Part shown: piece after piece, positions 26,011 to 41,000 of the stretch
Layout of the letters: each line of letters begins with the position of its first letter
Numbering within the stretch: the first letter of the stretch is position 1
Source: Mobula hypostoma
Lineage: Eukaryota
Assembly: GCF_963921235.1 (NCBI RefSeq)
Contig: NC_086097.1
Coordinates: forward strand, 182,902,001 to 182,966,000
Length of the DNA stretch: 64,000 bases
Direction of reading: 5' to 3'
The notes under the pieces: generated by a model
What the model was told of the DNA's origin: nothing
The model's input: the letters and a program-made list of their open reading frames with translations, nothing else
Database searches by the model: none
Made by a program: the position numbers and the translations under genes

Positions 26011-29000
26011 ATGCATGGACGCCTGAAGATTCGATGCCCTGCCCAGTCCTGCCCTACTTCAGCTTTGTCTGTTTTGGTGGTATCAATATCGTATTCATCG
26101 ACACTGATCAATCCTCAGTTCATCTGCCTTACTCAGTCAGAGTAAATTTATTATCAACACTTGTATATGTCACCATGTACTACTTTCAGATTAATTTTAC
26201 AGTTTAGCTGTGTGTTTCTTTCAGCCTCCTGTCTGTTCTGCTTTCTGGACTGATCGTTTCCCTTCAATATATGATTGTGCCTTCCACTCGACTGTGTAAT
26301 CTGCTCTGTGCTGATTCCCTTAGAAAACCACAAATATAATTCTTGAGTAGGTCCCTCACTGAGTTCTTCAACTAGTCTCTTGCTGGGGCCTCAACTGGCT
26401 CCTTGCTGGGACTTCACGGGGTTTGCGCAGCACAAGGGTCTGAATAGTTTAGCAGGATTTTACCCTCAGTTTGTTTATTCCAGGTTGCCGATGTCCTGAG
26501 AACCTATTCCTTCAGGACCAGCACTGTGTGAATGTCACCATGTGTCGCTGCCATCTCAACTCTGAGAGCTACCAACCTGGAGAAGTCATCGTAATCAATA
26601 ATTGCAGTCGCTGGTAACAAATTCTTCTCATCTTGTTCCTCAGAAAAGGTTGCTGTTCAAGGAGCACAAACCACGCCAATCCAGTCTTTCCTCACAACTA
26701 AAACGCTCCATCCCTGGCCACATCCTGGCAGATCTCCTCTGCACCCTCTCTAGTGCAGTCACATCTTCGCAAAGTGCGACTATTAAATTTTACACAATTC
26801 TCCAGCTGTCGTCTAACCAGGGTTTTCAAAGTTGTTCTGTAACTTCTCTGATCTTCTACTCAATTCCCCAGCTATTGACCACAAGTATCCACATGCACTT
26901 TCACCTCTTCATCTACCTCCACTGTTGCCTTTGAGGTTCTTTGGATTTATAGACCGAGGTTTCTTTGATTCTCAATACTCCCTGGAGTCCTATCATTCAT
27001 TGTCTTACTGCTAACAGTCTCATCAACTCTCATTAAACTCCATTTACCATTGCTCTGCCCAATTTACCAGCTGCTCAATACCGTTCCTTGACTTGTGACT
27101 GTCCTCATCAGCAACACCATCAATGTTCAAGTTATCTGCAAACTCACCAACCATACCTCCTATATACATGTTTGTTAAGTTGTTAATGTATATAACAAAT
27201 AACATCCAAAGCAGCACATGTCCCTGCAATACACCAAAACGCAACGACATCCAGTTGGATACTGGTGGATTGGAAAACTTCAAATGTGACTCCTATGTCA
27301 GAAAGGGAGAAACAGAAGATAAGGAAATTACAGACCTGTTAATTTACATCTGTGTTTGGTGAGATGTTGGACTATAAGGAACGTAGACAAGTACAGCACA
27401 GCGTAGTATAGGCTCTGGCTCACAATGTTGTGCCGACATTTTAACTTACTCTAAGATCAACTTAAATCTTCCCTCCTATATAACTTTTTTTATAATCCAT
27501 GTACCTACCTAAGAGTCTCTTAAATGTCCCTAATGTACCTGCCTCTACTACCACTCCTGGCAATGCGTAACATGCACCAACCATTCTCTGTAAAAAAAAA
27601 AAAAAAAAATTATCTCTGACATCCCTTCCATATTTTCCTCCAATCACCTTAAAATTCTGCCCCCTTGTGTTAGTCATTATTGTACTGGGAATCCATTGGA
27701 AGTGATGACACTAATCCTTTACTTTAATCCTTTAATCCCAACCTTACCACTATTTACCACACAACCAGTTATCAAAATCACCCTGGGTCCCTGACCTATA
27801 TATCTCTAGGATCTGTCTTCTAAACCTCACTTTGAGGTTTAGAATGTTTAGTGGATGCAATGTATATGGACTACCATAGGCCAGTAGAAAGTCAAAACAA
27901 AATTAGAGATTATGGGTGGGTTTGAGTTTAGAAGAGTGAGAAGTGAGTAGCTTCTGATTTAAAGCTACAAGGGGGTGTCACAGAACCTGATGCAGGACTA
28001 ATGAGTGCTCTGGCTGAGGAGTCCAAAACAGTCACATTCTCAAAATAATCTATAGGCCATTTTAGCTGGGTGAAGAAATTTCTTCATCTAGAGGATGATG
28101 AATCTTTGGAATTCTCTTCCCAAGAAGAGTGGAATCTCAGATCCTATATTCACGACAAAGGTCAATATATTTTTGGATATTAGAGGAGCAACAGGATCTG
28201 AAGAGATGTGGTACTGAGATAAAAGATCAGCCACAATTTTACTGTGTGGCAGAAGAGGCACAAAGTGTTGAAAGGCCTGAGTAAGACATACAAAATGCTG
28301 GAAGAACTCAGGCCTGATCCTGCTTCTGTTTGTTTGAAGAAGTGAAACTGATCTTCCAACCGTGCACACCTTCCTTTGGGACTCTTAAACCATCCAACAT
28401 AACCTCAATCTCTAATGACATGGGCCAAATGCATGGTGATCCAGTGAGACTAGTTATATTGGGGGCAAACAGGGAAGGGGTATTTGTCTGCAATCTGCAA
28501 GTTAGCACCCTAACTTTAACTCTGATCTGAACTCAACCACAATAGCTGAACCCCAGCCCTTCCCGTGACGCCCTGATCATCCCCTCCAAAGCAGCCATTA
28601 TATTTGTGCTTTGCTTAGTGATGTCCTGTGCTGCTAATGCCTGACTTGTTCTGCCAACAGTGTCTGTCAGCTGGGCCACCTGGTCTGTGATGATTCGCTT
28701 TGTTCCACTGATTGTGGCTGGTCTGCTTGGTCATCGTGGACTCCCTGCTATCCTCGGTGTGGTGTTGGATTTCAGGAGCGATACAGGTTTGAACAATGTT
28801 CTTCATGACGTAAAGCCGGACATAGAACACAGAACACAGTACAGTAGTGCGCAGGAACAGGCCGTTCAGCCTGTCATGTCCGTGCCAACTATGATGCCAA
28901 TCTACACTAATACCATCTGTGTGAACATCCCTTCACTCTCTGCTTGTTCAAAGTTGAGTTGATTGTCATTATGCACGAGCACACGTGTACGCAAGTGCAA

Positions 29001-32000
29001 TGAAAAGCTCACTTGCAGTAGTATCATGGGCACGTATTTATGTATTTATTGTGATAAGTGTGGTCCAGGCCCTTTCCAGTCCTTTGAGCAGTGCCACCCA
29101 ACAACCTACAATTTAACCCCAGCCTAATCACGGGACAATTTACAATGACCAATTAACTTACCAACCAATGTGTCCTTGGATTGTTGGAGGAAACCCATGC
29201 GGTCATGGGGAGAACGTCAACTTCCTTCTGCACTGTCCTTTCTACAAGTGTTGTCAGTTTTAGGAAACTGTGGACCTGCCCCCTGAAGTTTTGGGGTACT
29301 GATAAGAGGTTTTGGCCTGAAATGTTGGACTGTTTATTCCCCTCCATAGATGCTGCCTGATTTACTGGGTTCCTTCAACATTTTGTGTGTGTTGCTCAAG
29401 ATTTGCAGCATCTCTTGTGCTTAGAATACAGTCTGTCTTATCCAACTCTCCTTCTGCACTTACTCTATTCATGGGTTTGCTTGGAGGTTTGGGCGGTCTC
29501 ATCAAGTTATGATGTTGTAGGGATTCCACAAGACAGATATTCCTCCCAATGACCCTCTGATTCCAGAGTGAGTGCACTGGATCACATGGTTTCCCAGGAA
29601 TGTGTTCTTTTGCTTTGCTGTCCCATAAGACTCACTGGATCATGTGTGCTTTACTCGCAGGTCTCCAACAAATCCCACTGTCTCAAACGATGGTGCCCCT
29701 TGTGTGGGGGACAGTGTGGGAGTTCAGGGCTGTCACACTGTGTGCCACCCAGGTAAGCGTTTGTCACTTCTGGGAGTGATCGCGTCAGAGTGTTGATAGA
29801 AACCTGCCTTATCCCCAGCAGACTGAGTGTTGCTCCAGATTCCAGAATCTGCACTCTCCTGTGTCCCTATCCCCACACTTGGCTGGCCGTCACTGTGGCC
29901 TTCTCAGTCATTCCCTCATTCCCCCTCTCTCCCTTTCCAGTATTCTCTTCCTGCCTCCCTCTCCCCCTTTTTTTCAGATCCTCTCTCCCTCTCATCATCT
30001 GTTTCTTCCCTAGTTATCCCATTCCCTCCTGTCTTTCACTCTCCCTTATCCCTCCCTCGCCCACTTCATTCCAATTTGCTCTCCCTCCCCACACCCTCTG
30101 ACTTTGTGTTTGCTTTTGACTCCATCACTCTATTGCTCGCTCATGCTATCCTTTCCTTTCCCTTGTATGTTGATTTCCTAGTCCAGTTTCCGATGCTGTC
30201 TGTCTCTACCCTTCTCTCCCTCTCGATACCCATCTCACCTGGTCTCTGGTTCCTCTCTCTGTCTCTCTCACTCCATCGTTATTTGCTGCATTGCTCTCTT
30301 CCTCAGCTCGACATTGTTCTCCTTTCTTCACTTTGCCTCTGTCTCCCTCCCACCTTCACTGCCTTCTTCACCTTCCCTCCCCGGGCCTCTTCCTCACTCC
30401 CTCCTTCTTGCCACAGTTTTAATTTTCTCTCTCTCCTGTGGTCTGCTCAGATACCGAGGTCTCTGTCCAAGGCTGGAGTGAGTGGTCTTTGTGGTCACCC
30501 TGCAGTCGGACCTGCTTTCATGATGAGGATGAAATTTCCTTGAGGAAGCGCTTCCGATGGTGCCGTGGCCCTGGTGGGGCTGAATCCAGCTGCTCAGGAG
30601 AGGGTGTACAGGGGGAACAGTGTGCTCCACAGCCCTGCGCAGGTGGGGGTTTGTTACGAGAGTGTTGATACTGCGCAGGGTGGGTGTACGGGAGGATCAG
30701 TGTGCTACACAGCCCTGTGCAGGTGGGGGTTTGTTACGAGAGTGTTGATACTGCGCAGGGTGGGTGTACGGGAGGATCAGTGTGCTACACAGCCCTGTGC
30801 AGGTGGGAGTTTGTTACGAGAGTGTCGATACTGCTCAGGGTGGGTGTGGGGGTGTCTGTGTGCACTGTTTGTATCTAGTGTGAGGCCACCTGGTAAAAGA
30901 GAGAGAAAGGGATGCCGGGAAGAAGAATGGAAGAAGTGCATGGGAAGGAGGGACGGAAGAAATGATGAGAGAGATGAGCCCAAGCTGACTGGGAGAGTCT
31001 GTGAGACAGTGAAAATCGGCGGAGAGAGTGTGAGATGGATGGAGAGAGAGTGATGGATGAGGAGGGAATGATGGATAGGGAGAGAAGGGGAAGGAGGGTG
31101 AGGGATGGGGGGAGGGTGGATTGAGGAGTGAAAAATGGATGGGGAAGGAATGACTGATAGGGAGAGAAGGGGAGGGAGGGTGAGGGATGGGGAGGGAAGG
31201 TGGGTTGAAGAATGAGTGATAGATGGGGAAGGATTGATGGATAGGGTGAGAAGATGGTGAGATGGATGGGGAGGAAACTGATCTGAACTCTTGCCTGTTG
31301 GTCACCATTGTTGGAAGCTCGGTGTCTTTGCACTGAGTTTACGAGAGGCACTGTGTTGTGTTTTCCAGTGGCAGTGGGATGGAATTCCTGGAGTCACTGG
31401 TCCCAGTGCAGCTCCCTCTGTAATTCAGGAGTCCAGACCAGAAATCGAAGCTGCATGAATCCACTGGCAGTTGATGGAGGGGTCCACTGTACAGGACCTT
31501 ATATCCAGACACGAGATTGTAACACTCAACCCTGTGACAGTAAGAGAGCCTGCACCAAATTGTTAAATCTTGAATTTATTAAAATACTGAGACTATGGAT
31601 TACTGTCCTGTAATCATCCAGGAGAAATCTGCTCTCCTCCTCCAACATTCAGAGGTACCCAGTGTTTTAGAAGGAATAAGAGGGTAAAGAGTGTGAGTCA
31701 AAATATTTTGGCAGTAAGATCTTGAAAAAGCTGAACAATGTGGAGAAATGTGTAACAGTGGCGTATGTGGGGCCCCCGGTGACAGAAAGCTGACAGTCGA
31801 AAGGCATAATTATGGACCTAAGTGAATACTTTGCATCATAACAAAATTATGTAGGTGTTGCAGTTAGAGAGGAATATGAATTCATGGAAATAATAAATTG
31901 GTAAATTGTTATTGTCACCTATACCAAGGTCATGTATACAATGAAAATCTTTGTATTTAGTTAACACAGTGTTAATAAGCATACAGAACAAAAGTGAGTA

Positions 32001-35000
32001 TGTCACCAGACCCAGATAAAATACCATTAAAGGAAGCAGAGAAGACCTTAAGGAACAGAATTAGGCTATTCAGCCCATTGAGTCTGTTCCATCATTCAAT
32101 CAGGGCTGTTTCTTTTCAGCCCTGTTCCCTACTTTGTCCCCATATCCCTCTTACATATCAACCTCTGCCTTAAATTGACCTGTTGGGATATTCTCCACAG
32201 CCATCTGGGGCAATGTATTCCACAGATTCACCCCCCTCTGACTGAAGGTGGTGAATCCTTATCTCTGTTCTAAAGGGACATCCCTGTACTCTGAGCCTGG
32301 GGAGTGGTCCATAGGGTAACAGTGGGGGGCGGAGGGGGGTATGGTAACTGGGATGTCATACTGGAGGATAAGGTTTGGGCTGCCCCGACCTCCTCCTGCC
32401 TACGTTACCTGTTGCTTCTGACTCACTGTTCGTTTTCCAGAGCTCTGCCCGGAAGGAATGACGTATCGTAGCATAGAGGAGTGTTTACAGTCCGGGGGAG
32501 CATGCCCACGTGCTTGTCAGGACCTGGCCGCCGCAGTGGAATGTACCACACAGTGTTATGACGGCTGTTACTGTGCGCAGGGCCTGATGCTGCAGAATGG
32601 CTCCTGTGTAACACCGCAGGAATGCAGCTGCTACCATCAGGGCCAGTGGCTGGAGCCGGGCCTGAGCCTTCCCCAGGACTCCTGTAACAACTGGTAAGTG
32701 TGTTTCACCCTGCATGGGGCATCGTTCCGTCTACTCTAAGGGTCCCATCTCCCCTCTGCTCCCATTTCCTTTCCCCACAGACATCGAATGAATCTCCCTC
32801 TGCACTGCCCCATTACACACTCCCGGGATCAGACACAGAGTGAATCTCCCTCCACACTGTCCAATCACACACTTGCAGGATCAGACACAGAGTGAAGCTC
32901 TCTCCACACTGTTCAATCACACACTCCCGGGATCAGACACAGAGTGAAGCTCCCTACACACTGTCCCATCACACACTCCCAGGATCAGACACAGAGTGAA
33001 GCTCCCTCCAGATCATTCCATCATATACTCCTGGGATCAGACACAGAGTGAAGCTCTCTCCACACTGTCCAATCACACACTTGCAGGATCAGACACAGAG
33101 TGAATCTCTCTCCACACTGTCCAATCACACACTTGCAGGGTCAGACACACTGAAGCTCCCTCCAGATCATTCCATCATATACTCCTGGGATCAGGCACAG
33201 AGTGAAGCTCCCTCTGCACTGTCCAATCTTACACTCCCGAGATCAGACACAGTGAAGTTCCTTCCACATTGTCAAATCACACATTCCCGGGATCAGACAC
33301 AGAGTAAGGCTCCCTCTGAACTGTCCAATCTTACACTCCCGGGATCAGACACAGAGTGAAGCTCTCTCCACACTGTCCAATCATACACTTGCAGGGTCAG
33401 ACACAGACTGAAGCTCCCTCCGGATCATTCCATCATATACTCCTGGGATCAGACACAGAGTGAAGCTCCCTCCGCACTGTCCAATCACACATTCCCGGGA
33501 TCAGACACAGAGTAAAGCTCAGAGTGAAGCTCCTTCCACATTGTCAAATCACACATTCCCGGGATCAGACATAGAGTAAAGCTCCCTCTGCACTTTCCAA
33601 TCATACACTCCTGGGATCAGACACAGAGTGAAGCTCCCTTTGCACTGTCCAATCTTACACTCCCGGGATCAGACACAGAGTGAAGCTCTCTCCGCACTGT
33701 CCAATCACACATTCCTGGGATCAGATACAGAATGAAGCTCCCTCCGCACTGTCTAATTACACACTCCTATGATCAGACACAGAGCGCATCTTCTCCAGCA
33801 TCACCATCAGAAAGGAACTGCACTGTCCAACACAAGAATAAGAGCAGGGGAGGGGGCAGGGGTATTGAGTATAAGTGTAAATCATGTTGCAGCTCTTAGA
33901 CACCTCACATCACTTCTGCCTCTCTGATCACACTGTCCTTGTAACCTTTTAGAACTGCATCCCCTAATGAACATTGCCTCTTCTCAATCTTCCCCCCAAA
34001 ACGTATCTTATGGTCAAAGATCCTAACCCTCTGCCAAATCCACCTTATCGATGCTGATCATAATTTTTTGGTCCTTACTCAGCCAGCCAGCTGTACTAAA
34101 GATACCTTCCAGCACTTGGACTCAGTTGGTTCCAGTGCTTGTTTAGATGCATCTTAAAAGTTGTCAACAACCCAGCTTTTGCCACTCTTCTCAACAGTGT
34201 ATTCCAGTTATTCAACAGTCTCTGGCTAAGAGAAAGCCACAATACACCACAATCTGCTGTTTTGCCAGTGTACATCATAAAAAGCCATAGACAATGAAGA
34301 AGGTTATTTAAAACTCTTGATCAGTTAGGTAAGTAGGCTAAGGAGAGGTAAACGGCTTTAAATTCAGATAAGAGTGCAGTGTTGCACTTTGGGGAGTCAG
34401 ACCAGGGTAGGACTTTTGCAGTGAAAAGTAGTGTCTTGAGGAGTGTGATAGAGCAGAGGCACCATGTAATTCACTGAAAGTGGCATCACAGGTGGACAGG
34501 TTTGGTGAAGATGGCTTTTGACACGCTGATCTTCTCATCAGTCAGACCATTACAGGACACACAGGAGACCACAGTTGCTAGATTCTGCGTACAAACTGCA
34601 GATCAAGCAATGCCACTGGGAGGAAAGAAATGGACAATGTATTGGCCTGAAACGTTGACAATTTCCTACAGTTATTCACCTCTCCCTTCTCCTCTAATGG
34701 TTCTCTTCTCTCCTCTTTTACTTAACATAATCCAGCACTGTTCTCTCTGTCTCCCTCTCAGCTGCCTCCCATCTTAACTCTCCTCTTCCTCCATCTTTTT
34801 TCCCATTCAACACCATCATCCCTCTAGTACTAATTACCAAGCTTATCAACCTAGCCCTCTGTATCTCCTTCTGCAGCTGGATCCTTGACTTCCTCATGGG
34901 AGACCACAGTCTATACGGATTGGTAATAACGTCTCCTCCCTGTTGACAATCAACACATGCACACAAGGGTATGTGTTTACCCTGTGGCTCTACTCTCTCT

Positions 35001-38000
35001 ACACCCATGGCTGTGTGGCTAGACACAACTCAGGCACCATCTATAAATTCACCAATGACTTCTCTGTTGTTGGCAGAATCACAGATGGTGATACGGCGGT
35101 GAGATAGGCTGGCTATTGGAATGGTGTCACATCAACAATCCTGCACTCAATGTTAGCAGGACAAAGGGCGTGATTGTGGAATTCAGGAGAATACAGACCT
35201 GTACTCACGGGGGGACAATAGACACCTGTACTCATGGGGGAGGGGTGGTGCCAAATACACACCTGTACTCACGGGGGGGAGGGTGGTGTCAGAATACACA
35301 CCTGTACTCATGGGGGGGAGGGTGGTGTCAGAATACACACCTGTACTCACGAGGAAGGGGCGGTGTCACACTACACACCTGTACTCATGGGGGAAGGGGT
35401 GGTGTCACACTACACACCTGTACTCACGGGGGAAGGGGTGGTGTCAGAATACACACCTGTACTCACGGGGGAAGGGGTGGTGTCAGAATACACACCTGTA
35501 CTCACGGGGGGGAGGGTGGTGTCAGAATACACACCTGTACTCACGGGGGGGAGGGTGGTGTCAGAATACACACCTGTACTCACGAGGAAGGGGCGGTGTC
35601 ACACTACACACCTGTACTCATGGGGGAAGGGGTGGTGTCACACTACACACCTGTACTCACGGGGGAAGGGGTGGTGTCAGAATACACACCTGTACTCACG
35701 GGGGGCAGGGTGGTGTCAGAATACACACCTGTACTCACGGGGGGAGGGGTGATGTCAGAATACACACCTGTACTCACGGGGGGAGGGGTGATGTCAGAAT
35801 ACACACCTGTACTCTCGGGGGGGGGGAGGGTGGTGTCAGAATACACACCTGTACTCTCGGGGGGGGGGAGGGTGGTGTCAGAATACACACCTGTACTCAC
35901 GGGGGGAGGGGTGGTGTCAGAATACACACCTGTACTCACGGGGGGGAGGGTGGTGTCAGAATACACACCTGTACTCACGGGGGAGGGATGGTGCCAAATA
36001 CACACCTGTACTCACGGGGGGGAGGGTGGTGTCAGAATACACACCTGTACTCATGGGGGAGGGGTGGTGTCACACTACACACCTGTACTCACGGGGGAAG
36101 GGGTGGTGTCAGAATACACACCTGTACTCACGGGGGGGAGGGTGGTGTCACACTACACACCTGTACTCATGGGGGAAGGGGTGGTGTCAGAATACACACC
36201 TGTACTCATGGGGGAGGGGTGGTGTCAGAATACACACTTGTACTCATGGGGGAGGGATGGTGCCAAATACACACCTGTACTCACGGGGGGGAGGGTGGTG
36301 TCAGAATACACACCTGTACTCATGGGGGAGGGGTGGTGTCACACTACACACCTGTACTCACGGGGGAAGGGGTGGTGTCAGAATACACACCTGTACTCAC
36401 GGGAGGGAGGGTGGTGTCAGAATACACACCTGTACTCACGAGGAAGGGGCGGTGTCACACTACACACCTGTACTCATGGGGGAAGGGGTGGTGTCACACT
36501 ACACACCTGTACTCACGGGGGAAGGGGTGGTGTCAGAATACACACCTGTACTCACGGGGGGCAGGGTGGTGTCAGAATACACACCTGTACTCACGGGGGG
36601 AGGGGTGATGTCAGAATACACACCTGTACTCACGGGGGGAGGGGTGATGTCAGAATACACACCTGTACTCTCGGGGGGGGGGAGGGTGGTGTCAGAATAC
36701 ACACCTGTACTCACGGGGGAAGGGGTGGTGTCAGAATACACACCTGTACACACGGGGGGAAGGGGTGGTGTCAGAATACACGCCTGTACTCACGGGGGAG
36801 GTAGGTGTCAGAATACACACCTGTGCTCACAAGGGGAGGGTGGTGTCAGAATACACACCTGTGCTCACAAGGGGAGGGTGGTGTCAGAATACACACCTGT
36901 ACTCACGGGGGAAGGGGTGGTGTCAGAATACACACCTGTACTCACGGGGGAAGGGGTGGTGTCAGAATACACGCCTGTACTCACGGGGGGGGGGGAGGGT
37001 GGTGTCAGAATACACACCTGTACTCACGGGGGAGGTAGCTGTCAGAATACACACCTGTACTCACGGGGAAGGGGTGATGTCAGAATACACACCTGTACTC
37101 ACGGGGGGGGGGGTGTCAGAATATACACCTGTACTCACGGGGGAGGTAGCTGTCAGAATACACACCTGTACTCACGGGGAAGGGGTGATGTCAATAGTAG
37201 GAAAGGTAAGTAGCTTCAAGTTCCTGGGTATCAGCATCTCAGAGGATCTATTGTGGTCCAATATATTGATGCAGTCTTGAAGAAGGCACACCAGAGGCTC
37301 TACTTGATTAGGAACCTGAGGAGATCTGGTTTGTCACCAGATTTCTGCGATGTATGGTGGAGAGTATTCTGACTGTTTACAATGCAGCCTGGTATGGAGG
37401 GGTCACTGCACAGGATCACAGGAGACTGTAGACTCAGACAGTTCTGTCATGTGCACAACTCTCCCCACCACTGAGAACGTCGTTAAGAAGGTAGAATCCA
37501 TCTTTCGAGCCTTTCACCATCCAGGACATACCCTCTTCATGTTGCTAACCATTAGGGAGGAGGTACATGAGCCTGAAGACACACACTCAATGCTTTAAGA
37601 ACAGCTTCTTCAACTCCACTATTAGATTTCTGAATGGTCCATGAACAGTTTTTTATTCTTCATTTGCATTATTTATTTATTTTGTACTATAGCAACATTT
37701 AAAATACATTTGGAAAAAGTACATGGATAGGATATGTTAGGGGTCGGAGCCAATTTCATGAAAATCAGACGAGCTCAGACGAGCACTTTGGTCTGCATGG
37801 ATGAGTTCAGCCTGTTTCTGTGCTGTATGACTCTGACTGAGGTCATTTAGTGTTTTTATACTGATCCCATCCTTTTCCTTTCTGTCTATTAATCTGACAT
37901 GACCCAGATTATTCATTCCCAGCTTTTAGTTAACTTCCAACCATTTTTCCATCATGGTTATCCGACCAAACCCACATGGAGTCAGTACACATGTCTTGTT

Positions 38001-41000
38001 ACGTGCAGCCTACTAAAACCATTCACTTTCAGCGTCTCCAGATTAGGAAAAATGGCAGATCCTGATTCAGAAGATTGTGTTGGTCTAACATCTCCAGATT
38101 CGGCAACTCCAGTTGCTCCCACCCGATACCCCAGTTCTCTCTGCCCTGATTCTGATGTGTCTCCCTATACAGCAGCTGAACTCGGAGCACTGTTGTGACT
38201 CTTAACTCTTCCCAATACCTCACTTCTCATTGTTGCTGTTTTATTGCAGTACCTGTCAGTCTGGAGAGATGGTGTGTGGGATCAAGCCCTGTGCAGGTAC
38301 TGACCCAAGTAACTGGATTTACAGGGTAACTGAGTGCACCGTTAAACACCTCCATCTACACTCCCACCCCTCAGCCCTTTCTCCTGCTCCCAGCTCTCAC
38401 CCCCTCTTGTCCTCCTTCACAAACCTTCCCACTCTCACTTTTCTGCAACTTTCTTCTTGCCTCCCTCATCCTCCCTTCCCCACACCTTCATCCCATCTAG
38501 CCTGCCCTCCTACCACCCCACCCTCCTCTCTGCCTGTCCACTTCCCCGTACTGCTCTGTCAGACTGTTGACCCATTGGTTCCTCCTGGTGTTTTGCAGTG
38601 GACTGTGTCTGGAGCCAGTGGACAGCCTGGAGTCCCTGCAGTAAGACCTGTGATGTTGGATCCAGACACCGGTACCGAGTGCCCAGGGTCCCCAGTGCTG
38701 GAGGCAGAGATTGTCAGGGCTCCCGGATAGAGACCGACCACTGCAGTCTGCAGCTCTGTGAAGGTGGGTCAGAAGAAGCAGTCAGTGATCTGGAATTAAA
38801 TAGGTTTATTATTGTCAAATAGACCAAAGGAACCGGGCCTTCGGCCCACAATGTTGTGCCTAACCAATTATATTAGCAATCATATAACTGACTAATCTAA
38901 TCCCTTCTGCTTACATAATGTCCATATCCTTCCATTTCCTGCACATTCATGTGCATATCTGAGAGCCTCTTGAATGCCTGCCTGTATCATTTTTGCATCC
39001 ACCAACTCCCAGGCACCACCACTCTGTTGAAACTAAACTTGCCCCAATTACTGTATCCCCTTTGAACTTGCCCCTTCTTAGTTTAGATGCATGTCCTTTG
39101 ATGTACATTGTAAGATTAAGAGTTCCCAATTAGCCTACAAGAGGTCTGTTCAATAGTGTTGTAACAGTGGGATAGAAGCTGTCCTTGAGCCTGCTGGGAT
39201 GTGTCTTCCCCATTGGGAAGGGGAAGAAGAGAGAATCTGGGGTGGGAGGGGTCTTTGATAGTGTTTGCTGCTTTCTGAGGTAATGAAGGTTAGACAGAGC
39301 AGTGAGATCCCAACCACTGGATGAGGGTGTGGGGAGGGGGTTAGGAAGAACTCAGTGTTGCTCAGTTTCACGACAAGGCTGATGTTTAAGGCCCAACTTT
39401 CCAGAAGTCCGTGTCTATATGGCTTAGGAATTCCAGCAGTATGGTTGTTCCAGGATTCAGCCCCAAGAAGTAACCTGAACTACCAAGCCTCTGTAACCTG
39501 GGTTTCTGTCCCTCTGTCTGCAGCTGGATCCTTGACTTCCCCACTGGGAGACCACAGCCACTGTGGATGGGAAATAATATCTCCTCCTCACTGATGATCA
39601 ACATTAGTGCACCTCAAGGATGCATGCTTAGCCCACTGCTCTACTCTCTCTACACCTATGACTGTGTGGCTAGGCACAGCTCAAACACCATCTATAAATT
39701 TGCTTGATGGCACAACTATTGTTGGCAGGAGTTCAGATGGTGACAAGGAATTGTACAAGAGTGAGATAGATCAGCCGGTTGAGTGGTATCTTAACAACCT
39801 TGCAATCGATATCAGTAAGACCAAGGAATTGACTGTGGACTTCAGGAAGGGGAAGTTGAGAGTACACACAGCCATCCTCACTAAGGGATCAGTAGTGGAA
39901 ACGGTGAGCAGTTTCAGGTTCCAGCATATCAACATCTCCAAAAACATAGTGGTGCAATTACAAAGAAGGTACAACAGTGGATATATTTCATTAGGAGTTT
40001 GAGGACACTTGGTATGTCATCAAAGACGCTCGCAAACTTTTACATATGTACTGTGGAAAGCATTCTAACTGATTGCATCACCATCTGGTATGGGAGTGGG
40101 AGGGTGGGGGACACTACACGGGATCAGAAAGAACTGCAGTAAGTTGTAAACTCAGCCAGCTCCATCATAAGCACGAGCCTCCCCAGCATCCACGACTTCA
40201 AAAGGCAATGTCTTAAGAAGGTGTCATCCATCATTAAGGACCCCCATCACCCAGGACATGCCCTCTTCTTATTGCTACCATCAAGGAGGAGGTACAGGAT
40301 CCTGAAGACACACACTCAATGTTTCAGGAACAACTTCTTCTCCTCTGCCATCAGATTTCCGAACGGACAATGAATCCATATACACTCCCTCAATATTTTT
40401 TTTCTTTTTTTCCCTCTCTTTTTGCACTACAAATTTTAAAGGTTCATTTTTTTTTGTCAATGGATGCAGGTACAACTCTGATATTGATCTTTAATTTGGT
40501 ATTTAATATATTTGTATATATATTCCTTACTGTAATTTATAGTTTTTATTTTTATGTATTACAATGTTGTGCTGCTGCAGAACAACACATTTCACGACAT
40601 ACAGTATGCCACTGATACGAGGGAGTATGCTCCGGCCTCTGAAAGCAAAGTCCAAATGTTTATTAACCTCCTCCTAAAGAAATTCGTGTTCATCTTGGCT
40701 GACCCCGTCTGGACTCTCCATCTGCGTATCTCCTCCATGCTATTGTCTCAGAAGCTTACGTCTCTCACATTTCCTTTCATTCCTTTAAACTGCAGTAAAT
40801 ATTGGCTCAGCATCCTCACTGTCCAAGCCAGATGGCCTTATCCACACAGGATAGGTGCAGTGAATCTATGCTGCATCATCAGATTGGCTCAGCATCCTCA
40901 CTGTCTGAGTGAGATGGCCACCCCCACAGGATAGGTGCAGTGAATCTATGCTGCATCCTCGGTTGCAGCTGTCCTACCTCAAAGAATGAAGCTGCACCCA

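Noticed and set aside
35280..37110. TGGTGTCAGAA in the 39-bp unit matches a tRNA-Leu primer binding site
   Set aside because: Only 11 nt match, there is no adjacent LTR end, and the unit is adequately explained by the Rex1 linker; probably chance.
35116..37280. ORFs up to 562 aa with HTCTHGG / YTPVLTG repeats
   Set aside because: Open in all three frames because the 39-bp unit has no stop; the array lies inside a dead LINE.
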